Shown: in pieces, positions 1 to 20,425 of the stretch
Position numbering within the stretch: position 1 is the first letter of the stretch
Layout: each line of letters begins with the position of its first letter
Assembly: GCA_050613775.1 (NCBI GenBank)
Contig: JBODTK010000012.1
Coordinates: forward strand, 620,001-684,000
Source of the DNA: Neocallimastix sp. 'constans'
Taxonomy: Eukaryota
Direction of reading: 5' to 3'
Length of the DNA stretch: 64,000 nucleotides
Translations under genes and position numbers: made by a program
The notes under the pieces: model-generated
Database searches by the model: none
What the model saw: the letters and a program-made list of their open reading frames with translations, nothing else
Told to the model about the DNA's origin: nothing

Positions 1-1211
1 AAAGGAAATAATAGAATATCTATTAACAGTTCTTCCAACAACTACAATGGATACATTGTTAATAGTAATTATAGTAATTATAATGATAATACATTTAACA
101 CATGGAGTGGAAATAGTAATCAGAGAAATTTTAGGAATTATAGAAGATTTAATATGAATAATGATAATAACAATAATTTAAATATTAGCAATGAAAATTA
201 TAATAACAGTAATAATAATTTTTACAATTTAAGAAAAAGGAAAATTTTAATACCAAATTTAAATAATAATTCAACAATTAATAATAGTAATAAAGGCAAT
301 AATTATACAGGAAATGACAACAATAAAGATAGTAACAATATTAATAATATTAATGAAAATGTAATTAATAATAATTCAATCAATAATATTGTCAATAATA
401 ATATATCTAATTTGGTTACAAATAATAATATTAACAATAATAAAAATGACGCTTTGGATAAAACAGTAAATGTAGAACAAAATAAATTAAACGCGTTAAA
501 AATGGATAATTTCAGAGGAAATAATAAAATAGGAAATGCTAATAATGGAAAATGTGAAACAAATAATAATAGTATAATTACTAAAGAAGAAAATAAAAAT
601 AATTCCATTGGTAATGAAGATATTAAGAAAAATCAAAATAATAATATAGAAATTAATAATATTATAACAATAAAAATTGAAACTATGATAATAATGAAAA
701 TAATAATTTAAATAGTAAAAAGAATAAAGATAATAATGATATTATTGAGAATTCTAAAAATATAATTTATAAGAAATATAGTAATAAAAATGTAAATGAA
801 GATTTAAATGTTAAAGAATCTGTACAAGTTAATAATATTAACAGTAGTTTGACTAAAGAATCAAAAATTATTGATAATAAAAATTCAAAAATAAACAATA
901 TTCAAATAATTCCAAATAATAATAATGACGAGCAATGTATAAATGAAAAGTATTCAGTTAATAATAAAAATTCCCTGATTGATTGTAGTAAAATTATAAA
1001 TATAGATAGTGATAAGGAAAAAAAAATTAAAATTAAAAAGAATATTAAAATTCCACCTATTGGTATTCAAAATATTGGTAAAAATAAAATAAATATTAAT
1101 AAATTAATGATGCCCAAACCTGAGATCGCGTTAAAGGATATTATTATTTATAGCAACAATCGCGTTGATACCAAACGAATAATTAGGAATTATAGATACA
1201 AAAGAAAATAA
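1..1211 (+). pseudogene. Asn-rich, frameshifted ORF fragment running in from the window edge; possibly a decayed retroelement gag-like region
   Basis: The frame is open from near position 1 to 711 and continues in another frame (849-1211) with the same N/K/I-rich composition. No recognisable domain, so the retroelement origin is a guess. Confidence 0.3.
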
Positions 1212-1790
1212 AATTTTAAAAATTATTATTTATATTAATTAAACCTTATATTTTCTTTTATAAAAAAAATATATAATTTAATTTTTAGCAAGGGCATTTC
1301 TGATATAAAACAAATATGTGTAGTAACATATTTGTATATTTAATAATAATTATTAAATATTAAATTTATATCTTTTTGATAATTATTTTATTTTATTTTA
1401 TTTCAATATGTTTTATTATAATTATAATAATTACAATACTTTATTTCATATAAAATTTATATATTTCTATATATTAGAATATATAATTAATATATTACCT
1501 ATTTCTTATAAATAGATTAAATTATTTATATTTGAAATAGTGAACTCTCTTGTAAATTTTTAGGAATTAGAATTATTATTTTAATTGTACGAATATTATA
1601 ATTTTATTAATAAAATTTACTAAACAACCATTATTTAAAACCCACTGCTTATAAATTGTTGCACACAAAAGTCCCGCATATCAATTATAAAATCATTTGA
1701 TTTAAATTTGTTTTTATGACATTAATTTTTATTTGAATAATAAATTTTATTTTATATTAATTAAGGTTTGAATATTTGTATGTTTTATCC

Positions 1791-1838
<48 letters not shown>

Positions 1839-2223
1839 AATTATAAAAAATATTATTTATAATAAAATTTAAAATTTAATTAAAATTTCCCAATTTTTCT
1901 GAAAAATTGGAATAAAAAAATTATCAAATATAAAATTACACCAAAAAAATATTAAAACAAAATTCATCATATTTAACTGAATTTTTTTATTTTTTATTTA
2001 AAAAAAAGAAATATATATATATTTCATAAAAATAAGAAATTTAAATATTAAATATATTAATATTAATACATTATATGTTATTATTTTATTTTTATTAATA
2101 CATTATACGTTATTATCTTATTATTAACTATTATTTTGATAAATCTTTTTTATGAACTTTTTTTTTAATGTTTAATATTTTAAATAATTAAAGATTAAAA
2201 TCTATCAATTCATTAAAACATTG

Positions 2224-2272
<49 letters not shown>

Positions 2273-2460
2273 AAAAAGTTATTTAAAAAATTTTTTTTCT
2301 TAATTGTAATCTTTTTTCTTTCACATATTTTTAATAATATCTTGAATTAATAGGACATTTTTTCTTTAATACATAATAATTACTAAAGAAAATATATCTT
2401 TATAATTATTAGAATTTGAAATATTTAATAATAGTAATGTAAAAAAAAATTATTTTAATT

Positions 2461-2681
2461 AATAATTGTTATCAAGATGTAGTATATTTATAATACCAAA
2501 AGGTAAAATAAATTGTATGAATCAATTACAATCAAATAATAATTTTATTTCAAATGAAGATACATTATATAGAACAATCCAATAACTTCTAATAGTAATA
2601 CTATTTATTATTCTATTAACACCACATATCAGCAATCAACATTATTCTCCTTTATCAACTGATCAACCATTTATATATTAA
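2461..2681 (+). pseudogene. 3' relic of a fourth member of the 4-exon putative transcription-factor family
   Basis: With two small frameshifts it reads NNNFISNEDTLYRTI-ITSNSNTIYYSINTTYQQ--HYSPLSTDQPFIY*. This aligns to the C-terminus of the 56314 paralogue (NNYPISNEQIILQTVPATSYDNVYYVVTTTQTPQQVIYSTVSPQQPLVLF*). Confidence 0.55.
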
Positions 2682-3179
2682 AAAATTTAAATATTTATTA
2701 AATAATAAGTTATTTTATTTAATATAAATCATGTATTTTATACATTTTTATAATTGTTTCAAAAATTTTAAATCAAAATTATTTAATAAAAAGGTTTTTA
2801 TTTATTATTTAATTATTTAATAAAGAAAGATTAATATATATATTAACACTTTTGATCTTTTGATTTATAAAAACATTAATATAATTAAAATAATACTAAA
2901 ATAGAAATTAATAGAAATAAATGAAAATATATCAAAATTGAATATTAATAAATAAAAGAAAAAATATATGATTATTAAAATATATTTTTTTTTAATATAT
3001 TTATTTACATATTACTTTTTGTTTTTAAATTTTTTTATATTTAATATTTTTTTTTTAAAAAAAGAAAACAAAAATAAAAAAAAAAAATTTTATTACTATA
3101 TTCATTCTATTTAAATGGATAATATATATTATTTAAAGTTTTTTTAAAAAAAAAAATCTCAAAATAAGACAATATAATA

Positions 3180-3210
<31 letters not shown>

Positions 3211-3227
3211 AAAGGCTTAAAACTTTA

Positions 3228-3258
<31 letters not shown>

Positions 3259-3539
3259 TAATCATTATTCTATTATTAATATGGATCTTTTATTTATTTG
3301 TTTTTTTTTTTATAATTAGTTATATATTCATCTTTTTTTTTTTCATTATACATTTCTTTATTTTTTTAAATATGTGTATATAAATATTATATATATGAAA
3401 AATACTTTATTTAAATCAAACTATATATTAATTTAATTGATAATTATTTGTAATATATTTATTTTTATTATTTTTATTAATATAGAAAATATATATATAC
3501 AATTTAATAACACAATAATTATACAATTTAAAGGTGAAT

Positions 3540-6500
3540 ATGGGTAATGTTAATTCAAGAGACAAAAATGGTGATACACCTTTAATTAAAGCATGCAAAA
3601 AAAATGATCAAAAAGCAGTAAAGGAATTAATAGAAAATAAAGCAGATGTCAACTTAAAAAACGATAAAAATGGTTATACCCCTTTAATAATAGCGTGTAA
3701 TGAAGGAAATGAAGAAATCGTGAAAATTTTAATAGAGAATGGAGCGAAGATAAATATTAAAGATGAAAATGGATATACTGCTTTAGTATTTGCATGCTCA
3801 AATGGAAATGAAAATATTGTAAAATATTTAATATCAAAAGGAGCAGACGTAAATATAATGGATAAAAATGGTGATACTCCTTTAATTATTGCAATAATTT
3901 ATGGTAATATATCTATTGTAAAATATTTAATTGATCAGGGAGCAAATGTAAATAAGAAGAATGAAATAAAAGGTTACACTCCATTAATGATTGCATGCAG
4001 TCAGGAAAGTGAAACGAATTTAAATGAAACTAATTTAATGATTGCAAAATATTTAGTGGAACATGGAGCAGATATTAATATGGTTAATGATAAAACAGAG
4101 GATACTTCTTTGATTATTGCATGTAAAGTTGGTAATCAAGCTATAGTCGAATATTTAGTGGAAAAAGGGGCTAAAATTAATTATAAGAATGAAAAAGGAT
4201 GTGTAACCCCATTAGTTGCTGCATGTCATCATGGAAATGTTACAACTGTAAAATATTTATTTGAACATGGAGCTAAAGTAAATTTGAAAACGGAATATGG
4301 AGATACCCCATTACATGTTGCATGCAGAAATGGAAATGAAGCTTTAGTAAAATTTTTAATTAATCATAAAGCAGATACTAATATTGAAAATAAAACAGGA
4401 GATACTTCATTAATAATTGCATGTTTAAAGGATAATCAAAAATTAGTAAAACTGTTAATCGATAGTAAAGCTAAAATCAATAGTAAAAACAAAAATGGTG
4501 ATTCTCCCTTAACAATTGCTTGTGGCAATGGTAATGAAAATATTATAAAATATTTAATTGAACATAAAGCCGAAATCAATACTGAAAATAAAAATGGTTA
4601 TACGCCATTGATAAGAGCTTGTTATAAAGAAAATGAAAAAATAATAAAGTATTTAATAGATCATGGAGCCGACGTTAATAAGAGTAATGTTGATCCTCCA
4701 TTAAATATTTCCATTCGCTTTGGAAATGAAACAATAGTAAAATATTTAGTTGATCATGGAGCTAATGTTAATTTGGAAAATAGGAATGGTTGTACTCCTT
4801 TAATTGATGCATGTTATAAAGGAAATGAGGGTATTGTAAAATTATTAATTGATAATAAAGCAGATGTAAATATAAAATGTAAAACTGGAGAAACAGCTTT
4901 AACTGTTGCTTGTAAGGAAGGAAATGAAATAATAGTTAAATATTTAGTAGATCATGGTGCTAATGTTAATATAACCGATAAAAATGGACTTACTCCATTA
5001 ATTATTTCCTGTATTGAAGGATCTAAATCTACATCAAAACATTTGGCTAGAGGAAAATCCCTCAAAAATAAATTAATTAAAGTGGATTTAACTAATATTA
5101 AAAATAACAATCCTAATAATATTAAAAATAATAAAAACAATAAAAATAGTAATAACAATAATAACATGCTTAAATCTGGCCCAATTCCTATACCTACCTG
5201 GGATGAGATTAATAAAGTTGAAAATATGAAATCCTCAAATTCAAAGATATTAAATATTATTAGTGAAGAAAATAAAAATATTATAAAATATTTAGTTGAT
5301 CATGGAGCTGATGTAAATGCAAAAAGCAAAAATGGTGATACGCCATTAACAATTTCATGTAGGAATGGAAATGGATATATTGTAAAATATTTAATTGATC
5401 ATGGAGCAAATATTGATGTAAGAGATGGCAATGGTGATTCACCATTAGTTATTGCCTATACAATTGGTGATGAAACAATATTAAAATATATAATCGAAAA
5501 AACAATTAAGCTTTTACCTAATTGTAATAATGACCAAATGAAAAAAAATGCTGAAGATCAAATAGAAAAATTCTTAACAGAGTACCCATCAGAAGTGTAC
5601 ATGAGTATTGATGAGAATACTGATATCTTTGAAGAATTTATTAATCAAAGAAATATACGTTTAATCAGTGTATTAATTAAAATAGGAAGAGATATTAATA
5701 ATTATATGAAAAATATGAAATTACCAATAGAACAAGCAATAGAAAATAAGGATAAAGATATTGTAAAAGAATTAATAAATTTAGGTGCAAATACAGAGGT
5801 CAGAACCGCAGGTGGTATAAAAATAGTAAATTTAATTAAAAGTAAAATGCCAGAATATTACAAATTTGAATCGATAATTGACAGAAATTCTTCCATAGAA
5901 GATATTATAAATACTAAAGATGAAAAAACGGCAAAAATAATAATTGATGATAAGGAATTAAATATCGATTCTGAGGATAAAACCGGTGCTAATCTATTAC
6001 AAAAGGCAATAATGGAAAATAATATCAGTAAATTTAATGAGTTGATAAGATTAGGAGCCAATACAAAAAAAGCAAATGGATTAATTCAAATTATGTTGAA
6101 AAAACAGTTAGAAACTTATGGATTAGATCTTAAAAAAATGGAATCAGAATCCCAAGAGTCCCAAGAGAAGCATGTTATGAGTGACCTTGAATTGAAAAAT
6201 TATAATTCTATTGCTAGTGAATATATAATCTCTGGGGAATACGAAGAAGCCAGTAAACTTATCAATAAATATAGTGATATCTTAAAAATACAAAATGAAG
6301 ATGAATTGAATTTATTATCTCAAATGATAGTTGCCCTCTATCATAAAAATGAAATAGGCATATTAGAAGATTTAGTTAATAGATACTCCTATACCCTAAA
6401 TGATAAAGAAGTAGCAATAAATAAGGTAAATAATAGTACCCCATTACATTATATTATTGAAAAAATAAATAAAAGTCCAGAGGCAATAGAAATATTAGAT

Positions 6501-9440
6501 TGTTTAATAAAAAAAGTTGATAACGTAAAGGTATTAGATATTGAAAATAATAATGGTATGACAGCATTAGATTGTGCCATTGCTATCAATAATATAGATG
6601 CCGTTAAAATACTTTATAGTAAAAATGTAGAGCTAAAAAGTGATTCCTTTGAAAGAAAAGAAAATATCATTCATATGCAGTATGCACTATTAAATGACAA
6701 TTTAACTTCAGATAAGCTAAAAGAAATGATTGTTGAAATGGTTAATATACGAAAGGAAAAGGAAAAAGATATAACATTTGAAAATATAATTAATGATAAT
6801 AAAATTAAAAATGGTCAATCTCTGTTACATATAGCTTCCTATCTTGGTAAAAAAGATATTGTAAACTATTTATTGGAGCAAAAAAAGATCAAATTAGATG
6901 TTAAGGATTCCAAGGGTAGAACACCAATATTTTATGCTATTCTAGCTCAAGATGAAGAAATTGTAAAATCTTTAATAAATAATGATAAAGATAAAAACAT
7001 ATTAATGGATACCGATGATTTTAATGCAGCACCATTAAACTATGCCATCATCACTAAGAATGAAGAAATTACTTCCTTATTAATTCCAAAAACTAAAGAT
7101 TTGAGTATCCATGATAAATTTGGTAGAACTTTTCTTCATTATGCCGTTGCCAGTCAAAACTTAAATATCATTGAATCTATCTTTAGAGAAATTTCCAATT
7201 ATGATGAAAGGATATTAGATATACAAGATATTGATGGTAAGACAGCATTACATTATGCTGCTCTGACAAGAAATAAAGATATACTAAATATATTTCTAAG
7301 ATCAGATAAAATTAATTTGGAATTAATTGACAAAAATGAATTAAAAGCTATTGATTATTTGTTAATGGGAAAGTTGGAATTGTCTGAGGTATTAGATGAA
7401 AGTAACTATAATACAATTCCTGGAATAATTCGAAAAATGATTATTAAAATTAAAGATAGAAAGAAAGAAATGTGCAGGAGAAATGTTTTACATAGCGCTT
7501 GTCAAAATGAAATGAATCCAAATGAAGCCATTATGATTGTATTAGAGGAAAAAAAGGCTAAAATACATGAATTAATAGATGTACCTTTATCCTCTAATAT
7601 TGGTAAAAAACCATTAGACTTTGCTCTAGAAAATACTAAAATTTCTGCTAAAATACTAGTATCGCTCATACAAGTAGCAACTATATTAGAAAACGATGAT
7701 GATAAAAATGAACTTCTGGATAAACTAATAATATATAATAGAGGAGATATTGCAAAGGAATTGGATCTAATGAATGAATACTATGAAAAATCAAAAGATT
7801 TACCTAGTAAACTTTATACTCTCATAAAAGAACAAAAAGATATTAATAAGATCAAAAGTACTCTAGGTATTCCTTCACGTATTGATTGCAAAAATTTCAA
7901 ATTATATGATTACGCTATTGTAAAAGATAGGTATGATTGGTTTTTGGAATTCGTACGCCACGAAAAAGTAGTAGATATTGAAAAAGTCAAGGAGAGAGTA
8001 TTAGAATTCAATTCTCTTAAAATTTTTGAAGAATTGCTACGAAGAGGAGATGAATTTATTAAAAAATCGCTATGGAAGAAAGCAAGCTATGATGCAAGAG
8101 AAATGATGATTCAATATTATAAAAATAATAATTTATTAGAGCAGGAAACATTTAAAGCAGCCAATATTTTAAATGTGAGCATGGTAGGACTAGTATTAAA
8201 ATTACAAAATTCCATTTACATTAAAGGCTTATTGCATATAGCCGTATTCAAAAAATCTAAAAATTTAGCTAGAGTAGTCATAGAAAACTATGGAGATAAA
8301 GTATTTAAGGAAGTAGATGATTATTCAAATACTCCTTTGGATATTGCAATAAAAATTGAAAATTTTGAAATGTTAACCTATCTCGTAATGAAAGGTGCCC
8401 CAGTAAAAGAATTTAAAGGAAATGCAACCCCTATTAAACATTTAATGAATGAAGAAATGCTCAAAGCGAAAGAACGCCGTAATATTATTCAAAGTGATAT
8501 TAATACATTTAAAAATAAAATAAAAGATATGACAAAATCAGATATTAATGAAAAGGATTATCTGGGAAACACCTTATTATTCTATGCTATTGAAAATAAT
8601 AATATAGAGATAGTATCAAAATTAATAAAAAAGGGAGCAAATGTAAATATAAAAAATATTTATAAAGAAACACCATTATACATAGCCCTAAAATATGCCG
8701 ATAGTAAAATAGTTCAAGAACTAATAGAAAATAATTGTAATATCCATGAAATGGTCAATGGAAAATCAATGCTTCATTATGCTCTAAAAAGAACAGTAAG
8801 AAGTAAAGACAATGTTAATGAAAATGAGTCAGATACTAAAGATTCAATAGCAATAAAATTATTAGAAAAAGGTGTTGTGGATCTAGCACCATCCACAATC
8901 AATAAAAAATTTAGATATGATAGAACGTTTGGACATGAAAATATCACACAATTAATGTATTATATAATGGAAGAAGACAAGGAAAAAGCCGAACAACTGA
9001 TAAAATCAGAATGGATAGACCTAAACGTTACTGATGATGAAGGTATAACTGCCTATGGATACGCTCATCATAAACATTTTGCTGATCTAATGGGAATGAT
9101 GGAAGCGATTAATCCAAATATTATTAAATCAGAAAAGAATATTAAAGACTTTTTTGGATTAACCGATAAGAAAACCGCTGTTATAGCAACTACCGGAGTA
9201 ATAGCAGCAGGATTAGGTATATTAGCAAAGCAAACAAATGCTGGAAGCATGGCCTATGATATAATTGAAAATATGGTCATTGAAAATACTAAAGAATTCC
9301 TAAGTCAAGATACAAGGGAAAGTTTAGAAAAGGTTCAAGAGGAAAGAAATTTCATTCAAGAAAAAGCTCAAAAGATCATCGACTCCCAAGCAGTTAAAGA
9401 TGCATATGCATATTTAAAAAATAAAAATAAAGAAAAATAA
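3540..9440 (+). CDS. Giant intronless ankyrin-repeat protein (~1966 aa from ATG 3540), with a C-terminal hydrophobic segment
   Basis: Uninterrupted ORF. It has many canonical G-x-TPL-x-x-AC-x-x-GN-x-x-IVKYL-x-x-x-GA-x-VN repeats, then divergent ANK repeats (TPLHY, SLLHIA, TALHYAA), and the segment TAVIATTGVIAAGLGILA near the C-terminus. The ORF track starts at GTG 3534; the first ATG is 3540. Confidence 0.92.
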   Translation: MGNVNSRDKNGDTPLIKACKKNDQKAVKELIENKADVNLKNDKNGYTPLIIACNEGNEEIVKILIENGAKINIKDENGYTALVFACSNGNENIVKYLISKGADVNIMDKNGDTPLIIAIIYGNISIVKYLIDQGANVNKKNEIKGYTPLMIACSQESETNLNETNLMIAKYLVEHGADINMVNDKTEDTSLIIACKVGNQAIVEYLVEKGAKINYKNEKGCVTPLVAACHHGNVTTVKYLFEHGAKVNLKTEYGDTPLHVACRNGNEALVKFLINHKADTNIENKTGDTSLIIACLKDNQKLVKLLIDSKAKINSKNKNGDSPLTIACGNGNENIIKYLIEHKAEINTENKNGYTPLIRACYKENEKIIKYLIDHGADVNKSNVDPPLNISIRFGNETIVKYLVDHGANVNLENRNGCTPLIDACYKGNEGIVKLLIDNKADVNIKCKTGETALTVACKEGNEIIVKYLVDHGANVNITDKNGLTPLIISCIEGSKSTSKHLARGKSLKNKLIKVDLTNIKNNNPNNIKNNKNNKNSNNNNNMLKSGPIPIPTWDEINKVENMKSSNSKILNIISEENKNIIKYLVDHGADVNAKSKNGDTPLTISCRNGNGYIVKYLIDHGANIDVRDGNGDSPLVIAYTIGDETILKYIIEKTIKLLPNCNNDQMKKNAEDQIEKFLTEYPSEVYMSIDENTDIFEEFINQRNIRLISVLIKIGRDINNYMKNMKLPIEQAIENKDKDIVKELINLGANTEVRTAGGIKIVNLIKSKMPEYYKFESIIDRNSSIEDIINTKDEKTAKIIIDDKELNIDSEDKTGANLLQKAIMENNISKFNELIRLGANTKKANGLIQIMLKKQLETYGLDLKKMESESQESQEKHVMSDLELKNYNSIASEYIISGEYEEASKLINKYSDILKIQNEDELNLLSQMIVALYHKNEIGILEDLVNRYSYTLNDKEVAINKVNNSTPLHYIIEKINKSPEAIEILDCLIKKVDNVKVLDIENNNGMTALDCAIAINNIDAVKILYSKNVELKSDSFERKENIIHMQYALLNDNLTSDKLKEMIVEMVNIRKEKEKDITFENIINDNKIKNGQSLLHIASYLGKKDIVNYLLEQKKIKLDVKDSKGRTPIFYAILAQDEEIVKSLINNDKDKNILMDTDDFNAAPLNYAIITKNEEITSLLIPKTKDLSIHDKFGRTFLHYAVASQNLNIIESIFREISNYDERILDIQDIDGKTALHYAALTRNKDILNIFLRSDKINLELIDKNELKAIDYLLMGKLELSEVLDESNYNTIPGIIRKMIIKIKDRKKEMCRRNVLHSACQNEMNPNEAIMIVLEEKKAKIHELIDVPLSSNIGKKPLDFALENTKISAKILVSLIQVATILENDDDKNELLDKLIIYNRGDIAKELDLMNEYYEKSKDLPSKLYTLIKEQKDINKIKSTLGIPSRIDCKNFKLYDYAIVKDRYDWFLEFVRHEKVVDIEKVKERVLEFNSLKIFEELLRRGDEFIKKSLWKKASYDAREMMIQYYKNNNLLEQETFKAANILNVSMVGLVLKLQNSIYIKGLLHIAVFKKSKNLARVVIENYGDKVFKEVDDYSNTPLDIAIKIENFEMLTYLVMKGAPVKEFKGNATPIKHLMNEEMLKAKERRNIIQSDINTFKNKIKDMTKSDINEKDYLGNTLLFYAIENNNIEIVSKLIKKGANVNIKNIYKETPLYIALKYADSKIVQELIENNCNIHEMVNGKSMLHYALKRTVRSKDNVNENESDTKDSIAIKLLEKGVVDLAPSTINKKFRYDRTFGHENITQLMYYIMEEDKEKAEQLIKSEWIDLNVTDDEGITAYGYAHHKHFADLMGMMEAINPNIIKSEKNIKDFFGLTDKKTAVIATTGVIAAGLGILAKQTNAGSMAYDIIENMVIENTKEFLSQDTRESLEKVQEERNFIQEKAQKIIDSQAVKDAYAYLKNKNKEK

Positions 9441-10019
9441 ATATTAAATTTAAAATTAAATTAGTTAACTTTGTTTATTACAAAACAATATTATCAATAC
9501 AAATTATCAATAAATTATAATAATTATAAAATTTGAGAAAAAAAAAAAAAAAAAAACTAGTCAAAAATAATTAATAGATTTATTTAATACCTATAAAATA
9601 TTTTTTTAAAAATATTTAAAATAATATAAATACTCTGACTTAAACCGATAAATAAATAGTTTTTAACTAAAAACAAATTTAAAAAATTTATATAATTAAT
9701 AGTAATTTTTTATTACCAAAAAAAAATATGTTATTCTAAAAATAATATAAATATAAATATACCCCAAATAAATTTATGTAAATGAAAATTTAGTGCTAAT
9801 AATCAAACAATATTTAATTGAAATAAATTATAATAAAAATAATAATAATACTAATATATTTAACAATTAATTGAAAAAATGCATAGAAAAATTATTACTT
9901 ATTTTTTTTTTTTTTATTTTATTAAATTTATTTTTTATTTAGTGGATTTTCTATGATGATTTTATTATTCATAAATTATTATATAATAATAAAAAAAATT
10001 ATAACCTTTCAAGTTGATC

Positions 10020-10985
10020 AAATTTAAAAAGTTTTTTTTATGAAAAGTAATGTTCTAAAGAATAGTAATGTTTGGTTCTGAAGCTAAATATTAATTAAAG
10101 AAAGTAAGAAGTCTAGATGACTAAGATACAATCATTTTTTCCAGTAAGCTTAATTAGTCAGGAAGAATATATCATATTCTGGAGTACGTAAATTACTATT
10201 AAAACATAATATGAATAATATTAACATCAATTTTTTGAGTTTCAACTCAGTAATATATTGACATCATCCTTTAAATTGTTTTTAAAGAAATAATCAAGGA
10301 AAGCAATAAAGGACCAAAATATATGACAAGTATCAATTTATTCATATATGAACTTTAATAGCTTAAGGAAATTGAGTTTCTACTACTATTATTCATAGCT
10401 GATTTAAATTACCAATACCATAAGGATTTGTAATTTCTCTAAGTTCCTTGAAAGCCTTAATTTAGTCATGTACTTCTCTAATTAATTTCGAAGTTGATTC
10501 ATCCATTTATTTAAATTTTGAGGCAATAATAATTCTAAGATCATTCTTAACTATGTTAACATCATTAAATGGTTTAATGGTTCTCTTAAGATAACTTTAT
10601 TTTTCCTATTAAGGGTTTATAAAAAGTAATGACACCATTTTAATGATTCCTCATTAAAATTAATTAACTATGGCGAAAATTCTTAGTTTTTTTCAGTTGA
10701 ATCTGTAATGAAAGAAGAATCACCTGAAACATAATGAGTTTTAATCTAATCATCAACATTAATTTTTCTCTTAGTAGCAATAATATAAGTTTTAATTTAA
10801 ATAGAGGAGAAGAAAGACTTATTAGCAATTTAATAATTTTCAAATTAAAAACAAGTCTTGGTCATTGGAAAGCTATGAAAAACCTAATAAAAATTTAGGA
10901 CACGCGCATTAGTATTTTTAGAAGCAGTAACAGTATTAACTAAAGTTGACTTAGTATCTGTATATTAATTTTACGTAAAGTTTAA
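10020..10985 (-). pseudogene. Heavily decayed coding remnant, probably a transposable-element ORF
   Basis: GC is above the intergenic background. The minus strand reads as protein-like text (e.g. FNDVNIVKNDLRIIIASKFK*MDESTSKLIREVHD*IKAFKELREITNPYGIG) broken by many TAA/TAG stops and frameshifts. No family motif recognised. Confidence 0.5.
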
Positions 10986-11374
10986 CTTTTATAAGTATCA
11001 ATAATAATTAATTATAATAAAAAAAATGAAAAGGTTTTTATAATATATAATATATTATAAATATAATTAAATTTGTATTTTTAATTTTTCTAAAAATATT
11101 AAATTTTATAAAGTAAAAATTATTACTTAAAAAAATTTTATATATATATATATATTTTTCTATGATGATATATAATTATAAAAATTTTTTTTATTATACT
11201 TTTAAAAATTATTGATAGTAAAAAAAAAAAAAAAAAAAAAATAAGATACTTTTAAATTTTTTAATCTCTTTTATTTATGAGAATAATCAGATATATTTTA
11301 TTCTTTTTCTTTATTCATTTTTTTTTTATTTTATTTCTTATTTTTAATGAAATATAAATATAAATTGATTTAAA

Positions 11375-11417
<43 letters not shown>

Positions 11418-12151
11418 ATTTTCCTTAATATTATATATCTATTACAAATTTTAATTTATATTATAAATAAAAAAAAATATAATAACTAATAACAATACTA
11501 CCTTTTAAATTTATATCTATGTAATACGCTCAATTAATATTGGACAATTTTTTGTTTTAAAATCAAATCATAAAATGAATTTAGTATATAGGAACTAAGA
11601 ATTCTTGAAAGACTATCAAATTTTTCATTATTAAAGTTCTTCATATAATTCAAAGTTCTACAATAATAGGTCCTAATTCTTTACAATATTTATATTCTTT
11701 TTATTATTATAATTTTTTTTTTTTATATTAAATTTATATTATTATTTTCAAAAATAATTAATTTTAATGAAAAAAAAAAAAAAATTTTTTTTTTATTAAA
11801 AATTCATATATATAAATATTTAAATAACTATAAAGTTCTTTTTAATAAAAAAGTGGAACAATTAATTAAGAAGAAAAAGTAATTTAAAATAATTAAAAAT
11901 AAATATATAATAATAAAAAAATATATTGTACATTTTATAAATATAATTATATTATATGGTAAATATTAATTAAATTAACTAATATATTTTTACTTTTTTT
12001 TTTTTTTTTTTTTTTTTTATCCAAACTTTATTTTAAATAATTAATATATTTATTCCAAACTATTTAAATTTACCATAAATAATATTATTAAATTAAAAAT
12101 AATTTAATTATTTATTAATAATGAAGCTTTATTTATATTATATATGATTTT

Positions 12152-12189
<38 letters not shown>

Positions 12190-12241
12190 ATATTATTATT
12201 AGTAAAACTTACAAGCATTAGTAGTACTATTATTATTTTAA

Positions 12242-20425
<8,184 letters not shown>

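Noticed and set aside
10020..10985. Alternative genetic code (TAA/TAG = Gln) ORF
   Set aside because: Frameshifts and a TGA are also present, and neighbouring genes use TAA/TAG as stops. Decay is the simpler explanation.
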